Shown here: in pieces, positions 8,213-16,935 of the stretch
Position numbering within the stretch: position 1 is the first letter of the stretch
How the letters are laid out: the number at the start of each line of letters is the position of its first letter
Source of the DNA: a virus
Taxonomy: Duplodnaviria > Heunggongvirae > Uroviricota > Caudoviricetes
DNA: 45,074 nt
Direction: 5' to 3' (one strand)
Virus record (IMG/VR): IMGVR_UViG_2908567220_000008
Location: 1-45,074 of that record
Program-made: the position numbers and the translations under genes
Notes under the pieces: generated by a model
Database searches by the model: none
Told to the model about the DNA's origin: nothing
The model's input: the letters and a program-made list of their open reading frames with translations, nothing else

Positions 8213-9033
8213 TTCAGCACCTCCCCTCTAACAGTGTCGATTCGTTTCATTCTGCCGTCGCTTGACCACCAGGTTAGCAGAGCATCCCTCTGCAAAGGAT
8301 TGATCCATGCTTCCGGCATGTCTTCAAAAATCCGTTCTATCGTGCTAGAGCTAATTCTGGATAGCTTATCCAATACAGCTTCCGCAGGCGCTTTACACGA
8401 AACATCATTATATGTCAACTGCTTGATCGCTTGCCAGCAGTTTGTGGTGTTGTAGCCCATTGGTATTAGGGCTGCGTCGGTTTTGTTCGGCCAACCCATA
8501 ACCATAGCTGCAAGGCTGAAATCGAAGGCTTGGATAGTCAGGTTTCCATATCGGTTCTTAGTGTACAGATAGTTACCAATATGCCTATCAATATTAAATA
8601 CGAACTGATCGAAGGCGTAAACTGACCATACTTGCTTCCGTAGAATAGAAGGTCCGGACATCAATTCAGCGGCAAAGTTAATTTCTTCTTGTGGCTTACT
8701 CATGGCAGCCAGGTCATATTTTGATCCAAAAAAGTGCTCTCCTGTATCCGGGTCAATCAAAACCCTACAGGCCGGGGTAGGAAGCCCACTAAATTCAGCA
8801 AGTTTAGTACATAGCCATTCTGATGCTGGAATTTGCTTTGGGTGGGGAATCCCTGTCAAAGCGGATGCATCACCATCAGAAACCCCTTTTATTGCATACT
8901 CTAAACCGTCGGAGGCCATAACTGTATGCCTTAGGTGAGCTGTGCCCATTGCTGGCTTATAATCCACAATCTCAAGACTAAACAAGGGTTCTTGAATAGT
9001 AATGTTCTTTTCAGGTTGTGAGTCTTCTTCCAT
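8209..9033 (-). CDS. HipA-like / CtkA-like atypical kinase-fold protein (274 aa)
   Basis: FNIDRHIGNYLY matches the N-x-D-x-H-x-x-N catalytic-loop pattern of HipA-family kinases (E. coli HipA has D-x-H-x-K-N). AT-rich coding sequence. Confidence 0.6.
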   Translation of the reverse strand: MEEDSQPEKNITIQEPLFSLEIVDYKPAMGTAHLRHTVMASDGLEYAIKGVSDGDASALTGIPHPKQIPASEWLCTKLAEFSGLPTPACRVLIDPDTGEHFFGSKYDLAAMSKPQEEINFAAELMSGPSILRKQVWSVYAFDQFVFNIDRHIGNYLYTKNRYGNLTIQAFDFSLAAMVMGWPNKTDAALIPMGYNTTNCWQAIKQLTYNDVSCKAPAEAVLDKLSRISSSTIERIFEDMPEAWINPLQRDALLTWWSSDGRMKRIDTVRGEVLK

Positions 9034-9143
9034 TTTTATTCCACTAATTGATTAGTGATAGATTCCACCGGGTACTTCATTGCTGCTCTGAACTTAAGCT
9101 TTATTGCCCTTCTGGGCGGCGAGGAACCGCGAAGCGCTCTTAT

Positions 9144-9169
9144 CCATGCTTCCTGTACGTCTTCGGCAT
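9144..9169. repeat. Direct repeat copy 1: duplicated 3' end of the cI gene
   Basis: ccatgcttcctgtacgtcttcggcat matches 9347-9372 at 25 of 26 positions; on the minus strand it reads MPKTYRKHG-stop, the same as the CI C-terminus. Confidence 0.7.
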
Positions 9170-9200
9170 TACCAAAAACACATCGAACTACCGGTCTGGC

Positions 9201-9320
9201 TCACTCAAAGTCATCCCGCTCATCCTTCCGCTTGAAGAAAACTTTATCCAGCCTGAGCACTATCCCAACCAGTCCGATAATCAGCAAAGTAATGAGTATT
9301 GGGATAATCAGATCAGACAT
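9201..9320 (-). CDS. Small membrane peptide (39 aa) immediately downstream of cI
   Basis: Hand-translated MSDLIIPILITLLIIGLVGIVLRLDKVFFKRKDERDDFE; SD gaggaag ahead of the ATG; flanked by the 26-bp direct repeats. Confidence 0.45.
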   Translation of the reverse strand: MSDLIIPILITLLIIGLVGIVLRLDKVFFKRKDERDDFE

Positions 9321-9342
9321 GCTTCCTCTGCGTGCTAAGGCT

Positions 9343-10041
9343 TTACCCATGCTTCCTGTACGTCTGCGGCATGCTGCCGATCACCTTGCCGAACACGAAA
9401 ACACGATTCATTTCGTCTTTCTCGATCGGGTCCCAGGCTGCATAGCTCTTGTTATCTGAGATAACCAGCAGCTTGTCCTTCATCTTCTGCAGGCGCTTGA
9501 CGTGAGCAGTGTCGTCGTACAGGAAGGCGTATATCCCGTCGCCGTCGAAGCTCTTAACGCTGATGTCGACGAACAGCAGATCACCCGGCTCAATCGTGCC
9601 GGACATGCTGTCACCCCGGACGTTGATGATCCGGATGTTCTCAGCCTTACGCCCATCGAACATGTGCCGGGCTTCAGCTGGCTCATACTCAACAGAACGG
9701 AGAATCTCGACGAACTCCTGGTTCACGATGCCCGGCCCGGCACTAACCATAAGGTCCAGCACATCAATCCTGAATGCATCAGTATCCTGGCTTTTAACCT
9801 GGGCAGCGCGAGGGAGCTGGCCGTCATCGCGCATCGGTCCATTTCCGGTTGATAACCATTCAGACCTGACGCCCAAAGCATTAGCTATCTCGACAATTTT
9901 TGTTGAACCCCTGGCGTTTCCACTCACCAGGCGCCAAATGGTTGGCTGAGCAATACCTGAGGCCTTCGCAAGCGCCCCTTGTGACATTCCAGCCGAAGCC
10001 ATGGCCTCGTTTAAACGATCTGCAAGAGTTTCTTTTTTCAT
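9343..10041 (-). CDS. cI: CI-type phage repressor (HTH_XRE plus S24 LexA-like autopeptidase)
   Basis: N-terminal HTH (MSQGALAKASGIAQPTIWRLVSG) and C-terminal S24 signature (VRGDSMSGTIEPGDLLFVD ... VKRL). Start taken at the ATG at 10041; the track ORF begins at a TTG at 10104. Confidence 0.85.
   Translation of the reverse strand: MKKETLADRLNEAMASAGMSQGALAKASGIAQPTIWRLVSGNARGSTKIVEIANALGVRSEWLSTGNGPMRDDGQLPRAAQVKSQDTDAFRIDVLDLMVSAGPGIVNQEFVEILRSVEYEPAEARHMFDGRKAENIRIINVRGDSMSGTIEPGDLLFVDISVKSFDGDGIYAFLYDDTAHVKRLQKMKDKLLVISDNKSYAAWDPIEKDEMNRVFVFGKVIGSMPQTYRKHG
9347..9372. repeat. Direct repeat copy 2 (authentic 3' end of cI)
   Basis: ccatgcttcctgtacgtctgcggcat, encoding the last residues of CI (MPQTYRKHG). 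Confidence 0.7.
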
Positions 10042-10152
10042 AATCTCAAATTTATACGCTTGCGTATTACTGGTCAAAACACGTTTTGCTATTGCTAAAA
10101 CCAATACGCATTGCTATTATCATTTTGCACCAATACTTATAGGAATTGGAAC
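10042..10152. promoter_or_regulatory. Divergent cI/cro operator-promoter region (OR-like)
   Basis: Intergenic region between divergent cI and cro containing GCTATTGCTA (10088-10097) and ATTGCTATTA (10110-10119) next to CAATACG. Confidence 0.5.
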
Positions 10153-10380
10153 ATGACGAACAAAACCATCCAGAAGGCAATTGATATCGCTGGCAGTCAG
10201 AAAAAATTGGCCGATCTGTGTGGCGTAGCGCAGCCGACAGTTTGGCGCTGGCTGCATGGCGGCGGAATTGACGCTCGCTATGTAATGAAAATCGTGTCTG
10301 CGACCAACGGCAAGATTAAGGCGGCAGAGATCAGGCCTGACCTTGCTCAGTTGCTGAGCGCGCATTCACCGGCCGCCTAA
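10153..10380 (+). CDS. cro: Cro-like HTH regulator
   Basis: 75 aa from the ATG at 10153; HTH QKKLADLCGVAQPTVWRWLHG; divergent from cI. Confidence 0.75.
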   Translation: MTNKTIQKAIDIAGSQKKLADLCGVAQPTVWRWLHGGGIDARYVMKIVSATNGKIKAAEIRPDLAQLLSAHSPAA

Positions 10381-10420
10381 CCAGCGGCCATTCCAAACAA
10401 CACCAGAGGAAGTATCACAA

Positions 10421-10642
10421 ATGGAGAGTTCAACGACACGCAACAAAGTGGAGGCTCGCAGGATAGAAAGCTGGTTACACAGCCAGATAGCTGAACTGGG
10501 AACCACGAATATCGCCAAAGTGGCCGGAGTGAATAAGTCGACGGTGAGTCGCTGGCGGGAAAGTCTGCTGCCGAACATGTCGCTGCTGCTGGCCATCCTG
10601 ATTTCTAACAGGCCGGGAGAGAAAGGTGATTTTGAAGCATGA
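10421..10642 (+). CDS. cII: CII-like transcriptional activator
   Basis: 73 aa; alignable by eye to lambda CII (RIESWLHSQIAELGTTNIAKVAGVNKSTVSRWRESLLPNMSLLLAIL versus lambda ALRIESALLNKIAMLGTEKTAEAVGVDKSQISRWKRDWIPKFSMLLAVL). Confidence 0.8.
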   Translation: MESSTTRNKVEARRIESWLHSQIAELGTTNIAKVAGVNKSTVSRWRESLLPNMSLLLAILISNRPGEKGDFEA

Positions 10643-10727
10643 GTGGGAACAGAAAGGCGAAAGCCGCAGTGCAGCAACACTAACGGCTTTCTACGCGAAT
10701 TAACTGGATCAATTCACAGGAGTAATT

Positions 10728-11582
10728 ATGGCAAATACTGCCGAGGTAATCAATTTCCCTGTGCCTGTCGTGGCACTACAGGAGCTGCGCGTGGCAGATC
10801 TCGACGATGGGTTTACGCGCATCGCCAATGAGCTCCTTGAAGCTGTCATGCGTGCGGGTCTGTCGCAGCATCAGCTTTTGGTGTTCATGGCTGTCATGCG
10901 CAAAACATACGGCTTCAACAAGAAATCTGACTGGGTCAGTAACGAGCAGCTCTCGGAGCTGACCGGCATTCTCCCGCATAAGTGCTCAGCTGCAAAAAGC
11001 GTCCTGGTTAAGCGGGGGATATTAACTCAAACCGGTCGTGTTATCGGGATTAATAAAACGGTCAGCGAATGGTCATCTTTACCCGTAAAAGGTAAAGAAA
11101 AAAAACCTTACCTGAAAAAGGTAACATTACCCGAATCAGGTAAGAAAAGTTTACCCGAATCAGGTAACGCCTATTACCCGAATCAGGTAAACACAAAAGA
11201 CAAACATACAAAAGACAATAAAGACAATATTAATAACCCCCCTAAATCCCCCCGGGCGGTTTCGTTCGATGCGTTAGCTGTTCAGTTGCCTGACTGGCTT
11301 TCTGCAGAAATCTGGTCGTCATGGGTGGCATATCGTCGCGACCTGAAAAAGCCGATCAAGTCTCAGCAGACGGTCACCCAGGCTATCAACCTGCTGGACC
11401 GCTGCAGACTGAACGGTTACGCGCCCGAAGAAATTATCAACCGCAGCATCGCCAATGGCTGGCAAGGCCTGTTTGAGCCAAATGGTGCCAAGCCTCAACC
11501 AAGTCAACAGGTGCGAGTTGCCGAAAATTTCGCAGGGAAGGATTACGGGCAGACTGAAATCCCATCATGGGCGAGGGACTGA
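10728..11582 (+). CDS. Replication initiator (lambda O-like) with embedded origin
   Basis: 284 aa; N-terminal DNA-binding region; iterons lie inside the coding sequence; followed by a DnaC-like loader. Confidence 0.8.
   Translation: MANTAEVINFPVPVVALQELRVADLDDGFTRIANELLEAVMRAGLSQHQLLVFMAVMRKTYGFNKKSDWVSNEQLSELTGILPHKCSAAKSVLVKRGILTQTGRVIGINKTVSEWSSLPVKGKEKKPYLKKVTLPESGKKSLPESGNAYYPNQVNTKDKHTKDNKDNINNPPKSPRAVSFDALAVQLPDWLSAEIWSSWVAYRRDLKKPIKSQQTVTQAINLLDRCRLNGYAPEEIINRSIANGWQGLFEPNGAKPQPSQQVRVAENFAGKDYGQTEIPSWARD
11088..11240. repeat. Origin iterons plus adjacent A-rich tract (ori-lambda-like)
   Basis: Three exact TTACCCGAATCAGGTAA copies (11127-11143, 11151-11167, 11174-11190) and two degenerate copies upstream, spaced about 20-24 bp, followed by an A-rich tract. 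Confidence 0.65.
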
Positions 11583-11584
11583 TC

Positions 11585-12436
11585 ATGGAACTGGAAGAAA
11601 AAATCACTGCCATTGAGCGGATGCTTGATCAGCTGAGTAAGCCACCGGAAGACATCCCGAATTGCGAGGTGGTTATCGAGCGCGTCTGTTGTGAAAAGCA
11701 TGGCGAGTATGAGCAGCGCAAGCGGATCCTGACCAGCAGCATCATCAATCTGCCATCACCGCCGACACGCTGCCCGGGCTGCCTGGAAGACGAACTGAAT
11801 TTTCTGAAGGATGAAAAGGTTCGCTGGGATAAGCGAGTTCGCCAGCAAACTGCAGAAAGGCTGCTTCGCCAGCTGGATATACCAGAGCGATTCTCCACGT
11901 GCACTCTGAACAGCTACAAGCCTGTTGGGAAGGATTCTGAGCGAGCATTACGGGTCTGCCAGGCCTACGCATCGAAATGGACTGATCGCCTCCAGCAGGG
12001 AGGTGGGTTGGTTATGTGTGGCAAGCCTGGTACCGGTAAAAACCACCTTGCGCTGGCCATTGCCCGCCATGTGATTGAGCACCACCAAAGCTCAGTCATT
12101 TTCACGACGGCGCTCAAGATTGCCCGGGAGTTTAAATCGACCTGGTCAAAAACAGCCACGCGCACTGAGGATGAGGTGATCAGCTACTTCACGAAGCCAG
12201 ACCTTCTGATTGTCGATGAGGTTGGTGTGCAGTTTGGCAGCGAAGCCGAGAAGATGATCATGTTTGAAATCATCAACACCCGCTACGAGCGCCTGAAGCC
12301 GACGATCCTGATCAGCAACCTGCCGAAGGATGAGCTGACGCAGTTTATCGGCGAGCGCGTCATCGACCGCATGAACGACGGCGGAGGCTGCACGATTTCG
12401 TTTACCTGGGACAGCTATCGGGAGAACAGGTCATGA
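11585..12436 (+). CDS. DnaC-like helicase loader (IstB-type AAA+ ATPase)
   Basis: Walker A GKPGTGKNHLALAIA and Walker B LLIVDEVG. Start taken at the ATG at 11585, just after the O stop; the frame opens at 11567. Confidence 0.85.
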   Translation: MELEEKITAIERMLDQLSKPPEDIPNCEVVIERVCCEKHGEYEQRKRILTSSIINLPSPPTRCPGCLEDELNFLKDEKVRWDKRVRQQTAERLLRQLDIPERFSTCTLNSYKPVGKDSERALRVCQAYASKWTDRLQQGGGLVMCGKPGTGKNHLALAIARHVIEHHQSSVIFTTALKIAREFKSTWSKTATRTEDEVISYFTKPDLLIVDEVGVQFGSEAEKMIMFEIINTRYERLKPTILISNLPKDELTQFIGERVIDRMNDGGGCTISFTWDSYRENRS

Positions 12437-12726
12437 CAGGCAAAGACGCAATTCTGAACTACCTGAAAACGCATAAAACCTGTAGCTCTCCAGATGTCGC
12501 CGCGGCTTCCGGGATGACGCATACCTGCATCAACCAGGCTGCAAATATCCTGGCAAAGCAAGGGGTGCTGGTAGCTGAAGCTCGGGTGTGGCGGACGGTT
12601 TACTACCGGCTGGCTACTGAAGAAGAAATTTCAGGCAGGAAGAGCACCAATCAGATTTTCAACGAGTGTCGGCAAAGCCCGGCGATGAAACGGGTACTGG
12701 CTGTTTACGGGAGAACATCAGCATGA
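12433..12726 (+). CDS. Hypothetical protein
   Basis: 97 aa ORF; ATG overlaps the upstream stop. Confidence 0.5.
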   Translation: MTGKDAILNYLKTHKTCSSPDVAAASGMTHTCINQAANILAKQGVLVAEARVWRTVYYRLATEEEISGRKSTNQIFNECRQSPAMKRVLAVYGRTSA

Positions 12727-13163
12727 CTATCACACTACAGGCAGTAAACGAGCTCATCGCCACCCTGGAGAGCGCAGGCGAGCTGTCGATCAGAGAGCAG
12801 AAGTTCCTGAAGCTGGCGAAAGCGTACCAGCAGCTGGCTGCGGAGAATGTGGAGGCAAAAAAAATAATCAGCGAATGCCGGGAGTATTTCATCGCTGGGG
12901 TGATGAACCGTATCAGACCAACGAATGAAGGATACCTGCATATGATTTGCGACACGTTTGCAGACGAAACCCCAGCAACCGATCGCATCGTAGCCGGGAT
13001 TAAGGCTGATGGGGTGGATGAGTTCGTATCCAACGCCGTGCATAAGATTTTTGATGAAAGCGGAGCAGTGTCAGCTTTGGCTTACCTTTCGCTCGCTAAT
13101 TCATACGTGAAGCAACTGCGCGAGGGGGCGACAAATGACCAAGTCAACCATAACCAGAGATGA
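12723..13163 (+). CDS. Hypothetical protein
   Basis: Start at ATG 12723 (MTITLQAVNEL...), within track ORF 12666..13163. Confidence 0.5.
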   Translation: MTITLQAVNELIATLESAGELSIREQKFLKLAKAYQQLAAENVEAKKIISECREYFIAGVMNRIRPTNEGYLHMICDTFADETPATDRIVAGIKADGVDEFVSNAVHKIFDESGAVSALAYLSLANSYVKQLREGATNDQVNHNQR

Positions 13164-13704
13164 GCTTAACGAAGTGATTGCCACATACGGAAAGCACCAC
13201 ATTGCTCATCGAATGGCTAATGTATTGTTGGCCGCAATGGACAGCGAGCCAGATTGCAAGGAAAGAAAACTTTTCTGTTCAACCGATACGACCAGAATGA
13301 GAAAGACAATCTCTGTCTCTGCTGGGACCGAGGATGCGCCGCTATATCGCCACGCGCAGCAGCCGGTAAATAGCGAGCCAGTAGGATACCTTTTCCATAA
13401 CGAATACGGTGTGGTTTTATACTCAATTTCCGATGATGCTACCGAGGGATTCTCGCTAATTGGGCCAATATACTCCGTACCGCAGCCAGCGCCGGTAGTG
13501 CCTGGTAAATGGATTCCGGTAAGCGAGCAGATGCCGGAAGACCGCACGCAGGTAATTCTATGGGATGCTGAAATTGGAGAAGTAACAAGCGGTCACTACA
13601 GCCATAAAACACATACTTTTTATCATTGCGGCGATGCCATCGAAAACGAGATAACCCACTGGATGCCGACGCCAGCAGCTCCGCAGGAGATGAAAGGTGA
13701 ATAA
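13135..13704 (+). CDS. DUF551-like phage protein
   Basis: 189 aa; C-terminal WIPVSEQMPED...HW resembles DUF551 (recalled). Confidence 0.55.
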   Translation: MTKSTITRDELNEVIATYGKHHIAHRMANVLLAAMDSEPDCKERKLFCSTDTTRMRKTISVSAGTEDAPLYRHAQQPVNSEPVGYLFHNEYGVVLYSISDDATEGFSLIGPIYSVPQPAPVVPGKWIPVSEQMPEDRTQVILWDAEIGEVTSGHYSHKTHTFYHCGDAIENEITHWMPTPAAPQEMKGE

Positions 13705-13936
13705 AGCCGAACTATTGCAGAAGATATCAGCGCTCGCTACTGAATGCCACACGCTGGCCTGTGATCTTGATATTGGTGATGAGCGAACCGAAATGTTCGA
13801 AATCTACGGCGTGCTGCACAATCTCGGTCGCCGCGGGTACGCCTGCCAGGTAGGGCGGCGCATGAATCCACTGCTCGCATCCTGCGATGACGACGAGGAT
13901 GAGGAAGATGACGATTGGGATGAGGATGACGACTGA
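13697..13936 (+). CDS. Hypothetical protein with acidic C-terminal tail
   Basis: GTG start at 13697 preceded by ggaga; ends in DDDEDEEDDDWDEDDD. Confidence 0.4.
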   Translation: MNKAELLQKISALATECHTLACDLDIGDERTEMFEIYGVLHNLGRRGYACQVGRRMNPLLASCDDDEDEEDDDWDEDDD

Positions 13937-13992
13937 TGCCTAAATCCCCTGCAGAACGCAAAGCCGCGCAGCTAATCTGTTAGTGATATATA

Positions 13993-14019
13993 ATCCCCTC
14001 CACAGCAGAGGGGATTTTT
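13993..14019 (+). terminator. Putative intrinsic terminator in the nin-like region
   Basis: Hairpin atcccct-ccacagcag-aggggat followed by ttttt, ending right at the next ATG. Confidence 0.4.
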
Positions 14020-14202
14020 ATGACAAACAAAAAAATGACACCTGCCGAAAAGCTCAAAGCATCGCGGAAGCGGTATAAAAAAATCTGGCTTCAAATGGAT
14101 ATCGCTAACGCCAAGCGATTTGGCGAGAAAGAAGTGCTTTCCGTTGACACCTACAGATCGCCCTATGAAACGCGCAAGAAAAGAGGGAGGACAGCAGATT
14201 GA
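14020..14202 (+). CDS. Hypothetical basic protein (60 aa)
   Basis: ORF with ATG at 14020. Confidence 0.4.
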   Translation: MTNKKMTPAEKLKASRKRYKKIWLQMDIANAKRFGEKEVLSVDTYRSPYETRKKRGRTAD

Positions 14203-14462
14203 CAACATCATCCTGGAACATAGCAGCCAAATCGAAAGACGAGCAGGACAAAGTCAACGTTGACCTCGCCGCGTCCGGCGTCGCTTACAAAGAACGCCTG
14301 AACATGCCGGTTGTCGCCGAAGTGGTGGCCAGACAACAGCCTGAACACCTGCGGGACTACTTCATGGAGCGCGTCCGCTACTACCGCGAGCAGAGCATCC
14401 AGCTTCCCCGCGCATCCGATCCGCGCTATCTGGAAATGGCTGAGCAGAACGCCAAGAAATAG
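14199..14462 (+). CDS. Hypothetical protein
   Basis: TTG start at 14199 preceded by gggagg; 87 aa. Confidence 0.4.
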   Translation: MTTSSWNIAAKSKDEQDKVNVDLAASGVAYKERLNMPVVAEVVARQQPEHLRDYFMERVRYYREQSIQLPRASDPRYLEMAEQNAKK

Positions 14463-14568
14463 CGATTTTCTCGTATATGCTCATTTTGCTTTTATCCCCG
14501 CGACGGGCGATAATTACTTAGTCAGTCTGGACAACTGACAACTTTACCCCGGCGCCAAGTGGGGACAC

Positions 14569-15165
14569 ATGGCGCAAACACTGCAATTTGAGAAGAGTTA
14601 TCAAAACGTACTGATTCCCGCAGAGCCGGGAACCAGCGAATACCTGCAACTTATCCCCGTAGGGCAGCTGCTTTGCGGTGAGTTCCGCAAGCCCCGGAAT
14701 TACGCATTCCACAAAAAGTTCTTCAAGCTTCTGACTCTCGGGTATCACTACTGGACCCCTTCCGGTGGTCTCATTGAGCCCGCGGAGCGTACCCTCATAT
14801 CCGGGTTTATCGACTTTCTCTCATCCGACCTCGATCAGCGCGCTGCACTCCAGAACGCCGCGGAGATGTATCTCTCCTCGGTCGGTATCTCCCGTTCCCG
14901 CGATATGGCGCTGCTGAAACACTTCGAATCCTTCCGCGAGTGGGCAACCATTCAGGCTGGCTTTTATGACGAATACCAGATGCCTGACGGCAGCCGTCGT
15001 CGTGTCGCAAAGTCGATATCCTTCGCCAGCATGGACGACAGCCAGTTTAACGGCGTCTACAAATCAGTGCTGAATGTGCTCTGGAACTACATTCTGCGTC
15101 GCAAATTCCACTCGCCGGCTGAGGCTGAAAACGCCGCCAGTCAGCTGCTGAGCTTTGCGGGGTGA
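14569..15165 (+). CDS. Phage protein, DUF1367-like (nin region)
   Basis: 198 aa; resembles the DUF1367 family of lambdoid nin regions (recalled, uncertain). Confidence 0.5.
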   Translation: MAQTLQFEKSYQNVLIPAEPGTSEYLQLIPVGQLLCGEFRKPRNYAFHKKFFKLLTLGYHYWTPSGGLIEPAERTLISGFIDFLSSDLDQRAALQNAAEMYLSSVGISRSRDMALLKHFESFREWATIQAGFYDEYQMPDGSRRRVAKSISFASMDDSQFNGVYKSVLNVLWNYILRRKFHSPAEAENAASQLLSFAG

Positions 15166-15371
15166 TGGCGATGAAATACTCATGGTTCCAGCATCCCGAC
15201 TGCACAACCGAGCAGGCCGAACAGTTAGTGTCCAGATATCAGGCGCGAGGCATTGTCACAGAGAAAAGCCTTAACGCGGATTATCTGAGTTGGACGGTCA
15301 GCGCCCGGCTGCCGGTTTGTGTTCGCCCGGAGCATACTCCGCGATCACTTCGTCAACGTATATGGGGGTGA
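15162..15371 (+). CDS. Hypothetical protein
   Basis: 69 aa ORF; start overlaps the upstream stop. Confidence 0.4.
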   Translation: MMAMKYSWFQHPDCTTEQAEQLVSRYQARGIVTEKSLNADYLSWTVSARLPVCVRPEHTPRSLRQRIWG

Positions 15372-15373
15372 GC

Positions 15374-15664
15374 ATGGCCAATCTTCGTAAAGCAGCTCGC
15401 GGTCGTGAATGCCAGGTTCGCATCCCGGGCGTCTGCAACGGCAACCCTGAAACCACGGTATTGGCCCATATCCGCATTGCTGGATTGTGCGGGACGGGGA
15501 TTAAGCCGCCTGATCTGCTCGCCGCTATCGCCTGTTCATCCTGTCACGATGAAATAGACCGCCGCACGCGCCTGGTAGATGCGGAGTATGCGAAGGAGTG
15601 CGCGCTGGAGGGAATGGCCAGAACGCAGGTTATCTGGATGAAAGAGGGGTTGATAAAAGCATGA
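15374..15664 (+). CDS. DUF1364 / YbcO-like putative nuclease
   Basis: [23 protein letters not shown]... with conserved Cys/His; start at ATG 15374 inside track ORF 15290..15664; sits just upstream of rusA as in DLP12-type prophages. Confidence 0.65.
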   Translation: MANLRKAARGRECQVRIPGVCNGNPETTVLAHIRIAGLCGTGIKPPDLLAAIACSSCHDEIDRRTRLVDAEYAKECALEGMARTQVIWMKEGLIKA

Positions 15665-16023
15665 ACCAATATCGCATTTCATTACCCTGGCCGCCAAGCA
15701 ACAACCGCTACTACCGGCACAACCGGGGACGCACACACATCAGCGCGGAAGGGCAGGCATACCGCGACAGCGTCGCCAGAATCATCAAAGACTCGATGCT
15801 TGATATCGGCCTGGCCACGCCATTGAAAATCCGTATTGAGTGTCACATGCCGGATCGCCGGCGCCGTGACCTGGACAATCTGCAAAAGGCAGCATTCGAC
15901 GCCCTGACGAAATCGGGTTTCTGGCTCGATGACCAGCAGGTTGACTACTACAGCGTGAAGAGAATGCCTGTCGTCAAAGGTGGGCGGCTTGAGCTAACCA
16001 TTACCGAAATGGAGTCCGCATGA
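15661..16023 (+). CDS. rusA: RusA-family Holliday junction resolvase
   Basis: 120 aa from ATG 15661; RusA-like sequence with conserved acidic residues (DLDN). Confidence 0.85.
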   Translation: MNQYRISLPWPPSNNRYYRHNRGRTHISAEGQAYRDSVARIIKDSMLDIGLATPLKIRIECHMPDRRRRDLDNLQKAAFDALTKSGFWLDDQQVDYYSVKRMPVVKGGRLELTITEMESA

Positions 16024-16160
16024 GCCGTGACGTTATCGAACGCATCCGCGACCGCTGGCAAAAGCTTCGCCTCCTGCGTAGCCGCGGCACCGTGCTGGTC
16101 GACTACAAAATATTACGCAATTTCGTCCGTATCTATAAGCGCCTGGGAGAAGCAGCATGA
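16020..16160 (+). CDS. Small protein (46 aa), YlcG-like by position
   Basis: Hand-translated [46 protein letters not shown]; overlaps the rusA stop and the Q start. Confidence 0.45.
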   Translation: MSRDVIERIRDRWQKLRLLRSRGTVLVDYKILRNFVRIYKRLGEAA

Positions 16161-16846
16161 CAGCTCAATACTTGGAATTTGTTCGCCAGCAGCTGATAGT
16201 GGCCACCGCCGATCTGAGTGGTGCGACGAAAGGGCAACTGGTAGCTTTTGCAGAGAACGCGCAATTTACCGCTACGGCGCGCAGCCGTGGCCGGAAGAAG
16301 GTGTATAGCGAGGTGAAGCAAAAAATGGTTAACCCGGATGGACCGCCGATGAGCGGCAGCCAGTGCCGCGCTAAGGGTTCCTCAATCGCTCTCGTTCTGC
16401 CCGTTGAATACTCGACAGCCAGCTGGCGCCGCGCCCTCCTGTCGCTGGAAGACCACCAGAAATCCTGGTTGCTGTGGAACTACAGCGACAATATCCGCTT
16501 TGAGTATCAGGTAGCGATAACACAGTGGGCATGGGAAGAATTCCGTGATCAACTCGGCGCTAAGAAAGTGGCCGGCAAGACGATGGAGCGGCTGAAGAAA
16601 CTGATATGGCTGGCGGCACAGGACGTGAAAGCAGAGCTGGCGGGTAAGTATGTATATCAGCACCAGGACCTTGCAGCCCTGTGTGGCGTTAAGCCTGATA
16701 ACTGGTGCCATAACTACGCTGATTACTGGCGGGCTATGTGCGCCATTTTTAAGCGGCTTGATAGCGACTCTCTTCTCTGTGCTGTGAGAACACGATCACA
16801 ACAAAAAGCGACTTTTTCGCAGCAGGGTCTTGCAAAAGTCAATTAA
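16157..16846 (+). CDS. Late-gene antiterminator Q-like protein
   Basis: 229 aa, last gene before the lysis region and followed by a short terminated leader; resembles lambdoid Q-family antiterminators (recalled). Confidence 0.65.
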   Translation: MTAQYLEFVRQQLIVATADLSGATKGQLVAFAENAQFTATARSRGRKKVYSEVKQKMVNPDGPPMSGSQCRAKGSSIALVLPVEYSTASWRRALLSLEDHQKSWLLWNYSDNIRFEYQVAITQWAWEEFRDQLGAKKVAGKTMERLKKLIWLAAQDVKAELAGKYVYQHQDLAALCGVKPDNWCHNYADYWRAMCAIFKRLDSDSLLCAVRTRSQQKATFSQQGLAKVN

Positions 16847-16935
16847 ATACGTCATATTTGAGTCTACTTTGATATGCTGCCTTAACTTTAAGTGGCGGCA
16901 TGAAGATGATAGTCATATACCAGTTTGTAAAATTA

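Noticed and set aside
9048-9459. Plus-strand ORFs in the kinase-to-cI gap
   Set aside because: Antisense to the small membrane-peptide gene and the cI 3' end; no RBS. The minus-strand reading is supported by SD sequences and the cI-tail repeat.
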